Positions 1 through 12,700 of a stretch of DNA of 64,000 nt are shown here, in pieces (the first letter of the stretch is position 1; each line of letters begins with the position of its first letter). The notes under the pieces were generated by a model. That model did not search any database, was not told the origin of the DNA, and saw only the letters and a program-made list of their open reading frames with translations. The stretch comes from Octopus bimaculoides (taxonomy: Eukaryota): positions 52,998,430 to 53,062,429 of the forward strand of contig NC_068984.1 of the NCBI RefSeq assembly GCF_001194135.2. Reading direction: 5' to 3'. The position numbers and the translations under genes are program-made.

Positions 1-1064
1 AGTATAACTATTAGTCAATCCTGGAAGGACATAAATTTAAAAATTGTTTTAAATGAAATATGTAGAACAGTTGTATATTAGATAATGAATAAGAAATATT
101 GGTAAGTTTCCAGAAAAAAAAAATGTAGCTGTGATTATAACGAGGCATGAAAGTAAGCTAAATAAAATATCAGTAATGAGGATTAGGTGAAGTATGATAC
201 TGACAGAAAAGGTAACATGAGCACTTAAGTAGTGAAACAACTTAATCTGTCTCAAGGAAGCTACATTTGAAGCTCAACAACTATGTCTATTGACTAATTT
301 ACTATAAATTTATAAAATTAAATTAAAATTCTAAAATAGAATAAAAGAAAAAATGTCCTGGATGATTTGCTATTAAAGTACTCTGGGAAAGGTAAGTGTG
401 AATACTAAGAAAAAAACAGCTTAAAAGGTAAGAAACTTATTAACTTAAAGTACTGTTTAGAAGACAGACATTGAAATAAAATATAAGACAATTCCTCAGT
501 AAATTAGATTTCTATTAATTCTATCAGCTACTTTGAATGTAGAACTGGCAAGAAGCAAAAACAAAAGAAAAAAAATTAAAAAAGCTATCATAGTCATGTG
601 ATTAAATTTGCTTTACAAACATATTCAGGGTTTGGTATCACTGTGTAGTACCTTGGACAAATATCTTTGACTGTAGTCCTAGGTTGACTAATGCTTTGAA
701 AGTAAAATTTGGTAGCTTGAAATTGTGCACAGCAGAAAATGTTACTTTACTTATGGTGGTGTGTAAATGCTTGAAACATCCTCAAATCACCAATGTTAGC
801 ATAAAGTATGGCTTACTGATAAGAGACCTTTTCAGAAATTTAGAGATCGTGAAATTCACTACAAGGCTCTTAAGAAGTGTATAGCAGTCTAAGGCTTTGG
901 ACGTTAAAGATTTCAAGTCGATAAATATTTAAAGAACATATAACATAGTTGTTATATTAAATATTAGCATTTTAGAAAGGCTGATGGATAATGAATTCTA
1001 ACACATGGAGCAGACAATTTAGGTCACTACTGAAGCTGTCTGGTCTTAGCATTGAAACATCATG

Positions 1065-1069
1065 CTAAA
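1065..1069 (-). CDS. Possible terminal coding nucleotides (...PEI-stop)
   Basis: Acceptor ctttcatttttag then TT TAG would end the protein after a 178-nt intron; the true last exon could instead lie outside the window. Confidence 0.3.
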
Positions 1070-1247
1070 CTAAAAATGAAAGTGTAACAAAATCATTCTA
1101 AATTGCAATGTTGTTCAACATCAATATTTGAGATAATATTGCAAGGCAGTACAAAAATGTATCATTGCAAACATAAAATTTAAGATACACAGACAAAGAC
1201 AGCACAGACGAACAAACAGGCAGGAAAATGGAGATATCAAAACTTAC

Positions 1248-1411
1248 TCTCTGGATAGGAAGGGGGAGGGTATACTGGATAATGGTTGATTTGGTTGGTA
1301 GGAACACCATAACTATAGTGTGAATGGGGTAGTGGCTGATACTTGTTACTTGGGGGATCATCATAGGTACTTTTGGACATTCCTTGAGGGTCTGACTTCC
1401 CCAGACTCACT
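1248..1411 (-). CDS. PROM1: Prominin tail exon, Tyr/Pro-rich with PPxY (VSLGKSDPQGMSKSTYDDPPSNKYQPLPHSHYSYGVPTNQINHYPVYPPPSYPE)
   Basis: 164 nt; ttttcttgtatccgttgtag / gtaagt; phase 2 to 1; open only as expected from the upstream phase; GC-richer than its flanks. Confidence 0.75.
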
Positions 1412-1929
1412 CTACAACGGATACAAGAAAATCATAGTATTCACTACTCAGAATAGCAAACAATTTAGCAACAAATAAATAAAAAGCATTCTACATATTA
1501 ACAATTTTAAAGCAAAGCAAAAAGTTAGATAAACTGAAAATAAAAATAAAAAATTAGAAATTTTGCAGAGCAATGTTAACAGTGAGATGTGCTGAAAAGT
1601 GTGTTTGTTACAGAATTTTATTTTAATTATCAAATATTCTCATATCTATCTGATACAGCCAAATTCCCATTAATCATGTCTTAAAATGTAAAATGAAATC
1701 TTTGAAGTCTCATCTCTCATTCAGAAAATACATACCAAACTTTTTCTCCAAAGAACTTTGTCCAAAATGTTGGAATCTTTTCACATTGGTAGCATATCGA
1801 CTTAAATCATCTTACTTTTATACCAATAAATACAATTTCTTTAGTGATGCAGATCATCATCAGTCTTTTTTTTTATTTCTATCTTTCACAATTNNNNNNN
1901 NNNAATATATATATAATTTAGAGAAAAAC

Positions 1930-1974
<45 letters not shown>

Positions 1975-4900
1975 TCTGAAAATTAGTGTTATATAACCAT
2001 TTCAATCACCCCTAGAGAGTATACTTAGCAGAGAAAAATAAGCAGAGAGGAGAGATGATGAAGTCTGAGGTAGATCCCATGAGGAAGAAGAGCAACATAT
2101 ACTGTCATATAGCACCCTGATGAGGCAAAGAGCAACAGTATTGTTTACACAAAGCTTTCAGGAATAAGCAGCAGAATCAGCAAAACTAAGATAATTTTTT
2201 GCAAGGTGTCACTATATATGGCTCAGTGTTTGAAGGCAAAGAGATCAAGAATGTTTGTGAAATTAAGAAGTCAAGTCAGGAACATGACCTGGAGCAGACT
2301 TTAAAATCAAATAGTGCTGAGCAGGATTTACATTCTTAAACTCTTCATTTCTAAACCTTTAAAACAAAGCCACATTAGTAAGTATTTAATAGTGTAAATA
2401 ACATTGGTATGTTTAATTAATATGTAAATTCTCATTTTATTGTTGCTAATTATAAATAGGAATTTAATTAGGCTGCTAAAAAGTGGGAATTTTGTCTTCA
2501 TAGGATTGGATTTTCTCTATGGTTTACAGCAGAATTAAGTAAATGAGAGACAGTTCTCTCCAGATACAAATTCCAGTGAGACCACTGTTATTTTACAACA
2601 GTGAATTATATCACCTCAATCCAACTTAGAGCTAAGTAGACTGCTCTTGAGAAAGTCTTGGCCATGGATTCAATATAGTATCACAGACAGGACATAAACT
2701 AGTAATCTTTGATTGGCTGTGCAGTACCTTATTGACACATTCATCTCCAGCTACCAGTAGAATGAAAGTGAGGTTGAATGAGTGAAATAAAAATGTAATT
2801 ATTTTGTAGGTAACTATATTCTAATTGAAGGTGGATTATATGAAACAGATATAGTGCTAAAGCCATTAAACAATACCCATACACTCTTGCAACATTTACT
2901 TCCTCACTTTTCTCAGTCTTCTATCCTTACTTTCTCTTCCATTCACTTTCTTGTACCTTGGGGGCACAGTCTATCCTGATTATTCCTACCCACTCATACA
3001 AAGTAAAGTTGCCATGTATTTCCACTGCAGCAAGGAACCGGTCCCTTCTTTCATACTTCAACCTTTCAACACTTAGCATAAAGTAGCCTCCTTCCGGTAT
3101 ATTCTGTAAACTGGTTGGTGTTAGAAAGAGCATCCAGCCAAGACAGAGATTGAAACATGACAAAGTTCTTTAACTCATCAAGATCCTGTTGAACTAGCTA
3201 ACACATCCCAGCACGGAAGACAGAAGTTAAATGATATTGATGAAGAATTAGGATCAAAAAGACTGATCTCTTCTCTGAACTGAGATCATGTAATTGCCAT
3301 ATAAGCTTGAATCTGCATTTGAAATACAAGAAAGAAAAACACCAAAGAAAAAATGAGAAGTTAAAAGGAAAAAAAAATAATCTTCAGAATTATAAAGAAC
3401 AAACTAGACAATATAACCCCAAAATGCTGAAAAAGAATACTGAATGATATAGTTACTACAAGAGAGAATTCTTTTTGGCTGTCACCCTTAACTGAGTATG
3501 ACTTAAAAGCAAAAGAGGCTTTTATTTTTTTCTCATGAGGGAACTTTAATGATGTTTTGCTCTTTCATATGATTATAGAGCAAAAGTGTTGAGACTACCC
3601 TGTCTGTAGATAATACGGATCCTGGCAAAATGAATCTTGCTCAAGATTGTTTGCTTTTTTTCTTCTTGTTATTTCATCTGGGTTGACTCTAGAATTTTTC
3701 CTGTGATTGAAAGGAAATCCCTCACTAGTTTTCAGTCCAGCTGGTAAATGTTTCACTTGCATGTGGTGACTAAGTGATCTTGAATTGTTGAGAGAGTTTA
3801 CTGCGTTTCTAGCATTCTCTGAAGAATTCGCGAAGTCTATAGTGTAATTCCTTCTCATATTTATAGACTTTTATGACACCAGAAGCTTTCCCTGATTTTG
3901 GCAGTTGCCAGCTCCTTTATATTTAGCAACAGATCCAATCTGGTATCTTCTCAAATTTGTTGGGTACATTCCAGTGCTTCATAAGACTCTAAGGGCCATT
4001 TAACAGCTCATAAAATGTTCCTGCCAACATTCCATGATGTCACTTTTCTCAGTGTAGATGTATGAACCATCCTCACTTGTGTGTTATCACTTTTCTGCAG
4101 ACTGTACACTTCTTTCACATCATGATAATTAGCAAAGGTTTGAATTTTTGTCTGCCTTTTTGTCCTACCATCAGTATTTCAGAGGCTGTAGCTCCATTTG
4201 TAGCAAGCTGTTCGCACATTTAAATCAGCCAGTAGCTTGCAGTGTACTCTATCCAGCTTCATGCAACTTTTGTCCTTCAGATAACAGCTGTTCTATTTTT
4301 ACATTATTTTCATCCAACCAGTCATAACATAAAAAGAATAGAAATACATTTATTATTAATGAAAACCAATTTGTGAGGTTACATGTTCAACATTAAGTGA
4401 CCATTCTTATTATATGGTTTTAATGATAACCTGCAAGTGAGGAGTAATTTCAGAAACTTATTGACATTATCTGAGAGTCTCTTTGACACAATCATGTAAA
4501 TGTATTTAAAAGTTTGTGACTGACAATTGAATCATGGTGAATATACTAATTATCTCAAGTAGGATATAAAAGAGCAAATGACAGCTTTAACACATTACAT
4601 TAAAACAAAGAAGAAAAATAACATGCTAGATCAAGTTGTATATAGCTAGTAAATAACAGGAATATTTGTTGTTGAATAGCTCAGATAAGTTCTACTAGAG
4701 CATCTCTGCTGCATAGAAAGTAATTAATTTATTTCTATCAATTCTTGCAAGATTACATTTAGATATTTTAATTATTTCTTTATCTGTGTCATTAAATTGG
4801 TTGAGGCACTGAGAATGTCTTCTGTATGTTCTGATACAAAACCTAAACCAAATAAGTTTTTACCTTACCATTTTACAAAGGTATTTGCATCAACAAGAGG

Positions 4901-6405
4901 AGCTCTCCATGGTTGCTCTATCTATTAAATATAGCTATTAAATTCTTCTCAAACTACATCTTAATAAAGTAGGATACATTGGATAATACAGGTTAGATAC
5001 ACTGTCTAAAAGTAAAATGGGAAGTGGTCATAGCTGGATTGCTATTTGATGAAAGGTCTATTTGATCAGAACTAGTCTGGAGCTAAAAGCACAACAACGA
5101 TTTTTGTGACTTGCTAAAACTATTGCAAATACAGACACAGAAAGTGAACTTCTAAACATTGACAGAGAAATGTAGTACAAAAGAATCCAGGAATCTAGTC
5201 TTTTGTACACATCAATGCTAATAATAATAAAAAAAAAAAAAGGGTATCACAATTTGTGAATAGAGATTTTCTATATTAATTGCAATATAAAATGATGGTA
5301 GGCATGGAATGGATTGTAAATCAGATTTAAGGCTATTCATGCAGGAAATTACAGTGATAAATTCAAATAAGAGATGGTAAAAGACACACACACAAAACAT
5401 AAAGAGAGCCTTAAATAGATGAGATTATGAGGTAAAACTGAGTTTTAAAACATGCAGCTGTGAATATAACTAAAATTCAAAGATTATCCTGAATGTTTTG
5501 GCTGACATAGATAAAATGCTTTACAAGTCTCATCTTGAGACTTTGAGAGTTTGGCAAACCTGATCTTCACCTTCTTTAAGTATAAGGTGGTTGTTTTATA
5601 AATTCACAATTCTATAGACTGGGAAAATTAAGTTAGGTAGAAATGTAACTTTGGGGGCAGTAACACAGGTTGAAATGAATTTGGTGTGGTTAACACAGGT
5701 AATAACAGAAGTGGAGTAAAAAGATAGAAACGAATTTGGGGCAGTTAACACAAGTAGAGATGAATTTGGGATGGTTAACAGAGGTAGAGATGAATTTGGG
5801 TTGGTTAACACAGGTAGAGATGAATTAGGGGTGGTTAAGATAGATAGAGATGAACTTGGGTGGTTAACATGGGTAGCAATGAAGTTCAAGAAGCAAAAAC
5901 ACAAAGGTGGGGCAGTTAACAGAGGATAGTTAGAAACAAGAAAACTATGAATATGTATGAATTTTATGCATAAGTTTTCATGTCATTCCAAGACATTTCT
6001 ATTTCCTGTATATCCAACTAGCATTGCTAATTGCAATTTATATCTTTCAGCATTGGTACATCACCTGATTGTTGTATTTATGACATCAATATATAGTTAA
6101 TAACTAAGATATTTAAAAAAATAAATATTTTAAATCTGCTTCTTCATGCTAGTATGGGTTCAGTGGAACTTCTCCAGCACAGCAACTTAACACTTCTCAT
6201 GCAGTCACTTGTCTCTTTTGTGAGGTTTAGCAGTCTGAGATCAGCTTCTACCATCTCTCCCCATGTCTTCCTTTCCTGCAGGTTCCTTCCACTTTGATTG
6301 CTTGCAATTTATTCACTAACATGTTAACCCTTCATAAGCATCACATATCTATAATATCTATATCAGGACAGTTTCCTTTTTTGCCAGTGACATTGGATTC
6401 CTCGT

Positions 6406-6446
<41 letters not shown>

Positions 6447-6678
6447 GAGAGAGAGAGAGTATTTTGTATGTACAGTTAGACGTATGTCTGCTACAGACAT
6501 TTGTTCTCTGTAATGCAATGCAGTAGAATGTTTCTCTGATGATCTGTGGTGATTAAGCATCCAATTGCATTTGGAACATCCAATGTTGAGGTTTCAAATA
6601 ATTACAACAGTGAAACATATGTAGGGAACAAATGATATAAACTTGTGTTTACCATAATTTATCACATGCGTGCGAGTG

Positions 6679-6711
<33 letters not shown>

Positions 6712-9700
6712 TAGGACATGGCTACTTTGCTGGGGGAGTATCACAAAAAAACACACCCCATACACCATGTAAAGTGTAAAGCTACCTTCTAGACTTGTCG
6801 AAGATTATAAACCTCTTTAGTGCTAGTGGCATGAGGAAAAAAAAGAACACCCAGTACACTCTGTAAACTGGCTCATATTAAGAAGAACATACAGCTATAG
6901 AAACTAAACTAAAATAAAAAGTGAGCTATATGAGGTCCCTACCAACTTGTCTATGAAAGCTATCTTACAATTCTTTCCTGTAATATTCTAATCACACGTC
7001 TGCAGTACCAGTATAGACTATGAATCAAATCAAGAATCCACATATATTCTACTGGAAAAGTACATGCAGATATACATTGCGGAGACCATCAAAGTGTGTG
7101 CAAGTATACCCAGTTGATTTCCTTTAAGTGATACTTCACACAGCTTGTCTTAATTTTGTCGTTTACATCTGAAGATCTTATACATACATGTGTTTGTTTC
7201 ATTTTGTATTTTTCTCATTCTTTGCTTGTCTTAACTTATTTACTTGAAAGACTACTGGTTTCTTTTTCAGCTACCATCCTTGTATAAACATTTCTATCCA
7301 CTTTTTTAGTCAATTCATCTACGCTCTGGCAACTTCCATATTATCAACACCACCAGATCAAATAACATTGTGAGAAGGTGTTGAAATTGTAATGCTATTT
7401 ATTTGGCTGACAAATGAAGAAAGGTTGAGCACATTTATACTGTACTACCATTTTTTTACCATAAACTGTTTTGCTGTCCTTCTGTGCTACCTTTGTCATT
7501 ATATTCGACGACTGGCACCCATGCCAACGTCGTCTCCTTCATTGGACACGAAACTCGGCTTGCAAAGACCTGTTGGAGCAAGCGAAAGCGAAAGTGTCAT
7601 GGTACCTGTGCCCAGCATCGCCTTCCTGGCATTTGTGCCGGATGGCATGTGTAAAGACATTCGAGCGAGATTGTTGCCAGTGCCGCCGAACTGGCTCCTG
7701 TGCAGGTGGCACGTAAAATACACCATTTTGAGCATGGCCGTTGCCAGTACCGCCTGACTGACCTTTGTGCGGGTGGCACATAAGCACCCACTACACTCTC
7801 AGAGTAGTTGGCGTTAGGAAGGGCATCCAGCTGTAGAAACTCTGCCAAATTAGATTGGAGCCTGGTGTAGCCATCTGGTTTCACCAGTCCTCAGTCAAAT
7901 CGTCCAACCCATGCTAGCATGGAAAGCGGACGTCAAACGACAACGATGATGATGATATATATCAACAATTAATAATCCACAAGTTTCACAAACATACAAA
8001 ACTATTGTCTTTCAGATGCCTTTATAGATATGACTTGGATTGTGGAAATATGTGAGTTCATATCAGGTTGCATGTGATAGTCTACCTAAGAGTAGGTTGT
8101 GAATTAGTGCAACTTCTAGATTATTCCATACCAAATTGAACGAACAAGTCACTGTAGGTAGCTCCTATACCACTGCTTGACTTGCTAGAAACAGCAGCCA
8201 AATTTTCCTCAGATTATACTATCAAGAAAAACAATGCATTATACAGTCCTGGTCACAAAAATGGAATGCTCAAAGCTAAAATGTCCAATCATTGGTCTGC
8301 TCAATCAGGGATAATCCAGAGCTAAAGAAAATAAACAACAACATGCACATAATGAAATTTTGCTGAAGACACAAAGAAAAAATGTCTGGCAATTGTCATT
8401 AATGATATTGCTAATAATAATTTGAAATACAAGTGAATAGTGAGAATACAGGCTGAAATGAAATTTTACATTAAACATGCAAAGATCACATTGATTAGTA
8501 ATGACATTGATTGAGAGAAAAAAAAAATGAATAAAATTTTATGCTGCAGTAGAAAAGTCAGTGTAAAATGAAACTGACACATTTTTGGTTTGTACCCAAG
8601 CCAAAAACTCATATTAAAGCAGCACCATATTAATATTCATTAATTAATGAATATTAATATTCATGGTAGCACTATATTAATAACAAATAATGAAGAAGGA
8701 TAACTTCTAACAATGTTGAGAGGAAAAGCTGAGTAACCTTTATATATTTCAGGCACAAACACAAATCATAAGAAGGGAATGATTTAGAAATGTGAGTTCC
8801 CCTTTTTGCATTGTTTGAAGCTCTCTTTCGTTATTTATTATTTTACCTCTGTATCACAATGCTTCAAACAAACTATACTCTTCTATCGTAATACATGAAT
8901 GCATCCATTCATTCTTTCATCAAGAGTACAATAATTATCAAAGCACAACATTTATTTGCCAAGATTATATCAATAGTCAATACACACATACACACACAAT
9001 ACACAAACTATCATCACAGCAAATGCTCACACACACACACATTAATACATAAACCATCATTACAGCAAATGTTCACACACACAAACATACATAACTCATT
9101 AAGTATACATCAACTATCATAACACATACACGTGCATGCATGCACACACACATACAACTGTGTGCATACATTAAGAGCATGGTAACTATTACAGCATTCA
9201 TGCACATACACACATTTAAAGTATATCAATTATCACAATATTTCCTGTTAATACCTTTTTTCAATAAGGTTTGAAAATTATGAGGAATTCATAAAAATAA
9301 ATTATTATTAAACTGATATTTGGAACATAAATTAACATAGAATTTTGATGGAAGGTTTTAATTTTGATCACTTAAAAATAGGGAATTTCTATCTTAGAAC
9401 CTGAGAGTAGTCTCAGGTTGATACCTAAAGAGTTAAAGAATTAGAGGTGGGTTATTGAAGTCAGTTTAGTGTTAAGACATTGCTTTAACCCTTTCGATAT
9501 GGATCTTAGACTGGCTCTGGTTTTATGATACAAACTTCCTGTTCAAAGTGATCTAAATCGAAACTGTTCATCAAAATTTCATGCTAATTTATGTTCCAAA
9601 TATCAGCTTAATAATGACAAAATTATTTTCTAAATTCATTCACACACACACATGTACATATGTTGGGATAACATAACTATCACAACAAGCTTACAAGCAT

Positions 9701-12700
9701 TCAAGCTACATAAAGTTACCTACATAAAGTTACCCAACCTACTAGAAAAAGTAGCCAAATTTCCCTGAGGCCTATGCATTGCCATCTTAAAAAAAAGAAA
9801 AAAGAAAAAAACAAGTCAGGGTACATTGGGCAATGTACTCTGGGGTACACAAGTCCTGAAAATAAGATGAAATGGCTATGGTTTGAATGCCTTTGATCAT
9901 AAGTTTGCTTGATCAGAAATGATTTAAGGGGCCAAATATACACACATACATTAAGTGTATAAAAACCATAATAACAAGCCTTAGATATTAGACCCAATCT
10001 GTGGCCTAGTTTAACACCACCACCTGGCCCTTGCATACTTTTAGCAGGGTCAATTTTGCTGAAAGCCTTCAAGATAGGTATTCAATGTAGGGATGATTCC
10101 TCCATTCTCCTACCAATCTTGGAAACCCTAAAAAGGGTAATAAGTGCTGCCCTCCACCTTCCTAACTAAGACCTTAATAATAACAAGCCTAGAAACAAAC
10201 ACTGTAAATATCATAGTAATTAAAAGTAATTAAATACACACATACCTATATATATATAGTTACCTCACTCACATATTCACATAATTGAAATGGGATTTTT
10301 AAAAAATAATCCCTTCTACTATAGGCATAAGGCCTGAAATTTGGGGGAGGGCAATAGTCGATTACATCGAGCCCAGTACTCGACTGGTACTTATTTTATC
10401 GGTCCTGAAAGGATGAAAGGCAAAGTTGACCTCGGTAGCATTTGAACTCAGAATGTAAAGATGGACGAAATGCTGCTAAGAACTTTACCCAGTGTGCTAA
10501 CAATTTTGCCAGCTTGCCACCTTAGCTTTAAAAATAATAAAAACAATTTGTCACTTTGTTAGTAATTGGTTTGAATTCTGCAGAAGAAAAACATTTATGT
10601 ATACATATCAATTGTACATTAAAACACGACGGTGAGATAGATTTTTCTTTTTTCTTTTCTTTTAGAAAATATTAAATATGATATCAACCAATTTAAGAAA
10701 ATTCTGGAAAGGGAGGAAAAACATTTCAATAATAAAGCGAAAAATTAGAAAAAAGTTCTAAATGCAACATTACACTGAGTTGAGTATAATATAAGAGAAT
10801 ATTTGTATTGAAGGAGGTGGGAGGACATATTGGGCACAGAAAGAAGAAAGAGGTAGAAAAACAGTAAAGAAAAAAAAACAAAACAAAGAAATGAGAGAGT
10901 GAGAGAGAAAAAGAGTAAGCAAGATTATACAGTTATATCTCAATGACTGGTGATTATAAGAGAGAAACTTTCTGTTAAGATCAGTAATAGAAATGAGTAA
11001 GATTTTGTAGAAGCATATACAAAGATTAGAAATGAGTCTGAAAAGTTTAATTGAACAATGCTTTGACTGGTGAGCATGCAGAGGTGCAAATCATGCACGG
11101 CAGATAAATGTAGATCAACCAAGAATAATGCATTCTCATAGGTGGTCAGATCTCAAGGTTTTAGTTAGAAAGAAAGAAAACAACAGGAATTATTTTAAGT
11201 AGCAAAATCTTTTACAGCTGAATATTTTCTTTGAAGCAATTAGTTCTGATCTAATCAATACTGTCTTATCTAGCAGGACTCTAGATCAGTGGTTCTCAAC
11301 CATTTTTTACCTGTGGATCCCTTTGATTCCTCTTCTACTCAAGTAGACCCTACTAGCCATTCAATGCTTTAAAAAAAAAAATACTTTTATATTTTTTAAA
11401 TTAAATATTATTAAGAATTGTCTAAAAAAAAATGTTAGAATATTTTGTGTATTGTAGATGTATAACCAATTTACTGCACATGAATTTTAGCTATAAAATC
11501 TTAAATGGACCCTTAAGGGTCAATATGGACCCCAGTTGAGAACCATTGTTCTCTAGATGGTCATTACAAACAAACGTATCACCATCAAATCACACCCTAC
11601 CATCTTAAAAATAAAGAACACATTGAATTTAGATGTATGTCTGAAAACAAAAGATAGTATGTCATGGTTGGAATGCTTTTGATCATAAGCCAATGCAATC
11701 AGAAATGATCTGGAATAAGCAACAACAACAACATTTACTAAATGGGCCAAAGAAGAAATCTGTATGCAGTCAGTCTGCTAGAAATACTATTGAAGTTAAA
11801 TGTCTCTCAAATCAAATCATACCACTTAAAAAATAAAATGTACATAAAAAGACAGGATAGTCATAGATTAGAATGGTTTCGGCTATTGATCTGCTCAATC
11901 AAGGCTGATCTAAAGTTAACCCCTTTGGCTAAAAAAAAAATGGATTTAATTTTAAAGATTTGTTATTAAATAGGATATTAACTACATAACATCTACACAG
12001 AAGTATTGTGTTTTAAACAGAACTGAAAATACTGCAGAAATTTTTATACAGAAGAGACTGAACAGAAAAATTAGTTGAAAATGTGCAATCAGAGTTTACT
12101 AATATTTAGGCAAACTTAATAGAGCAACAATTTAGTTCTAAGTACAGAAGGATCCAGTCTGAGAGGAAGAAAACAAGAACTATTTTAAGTACCAAAATCT
12201 TACTCCAGTAGTTAATTTCAGGAAAATAAGTAACTGACACTCTTCATATTACAAATTATTGATTACATAAGTTATGCAAGTAGTATTTTGTGAAGCAGAT
12301 GAAAGTTGTAAATTTCTGAGCAATAAGTACACATTTTCTTCAAATTAGTTATAGCAAATTCATTATTATGTCAATTTTCCTTGTCATTTTCAAATAGTAA
12401 CAAAATATAATTTAAATCTTATCTACAATCAAAACTTAAATCAATATAAACACATCAAATAAGCTCATGTCAAATTACAAGTAAGTACATTCGTATATTA
12501 GTAGTAAAATTCAACTGTATTGACAGGCAATACAGTAGAAAATCAAGGAGCAGGAGATCATTAATGATACTTACTGGCATTGGTTTCAATTTAAAACTTA
12601 CACTTATCAAATGGAATATATGACAATACTTTTTCTTTTTTTTTTGACAGTCAAGTAAAATACTACAACAGATCTTATAATCCATTGTAATGCCAGCAAA

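Noticed and set aside
2105-2150. CTGATGA motifs here and at ~14875 and ~42249(-)
   Set aside because: No properly placed GAAA, stem II or UH site, so not hammerheads
7392-7884. Several overlapping ORFs on both strands
   Set aside because: They fall in the GC-rich RTE 3' UTR repeat; no protein motifs
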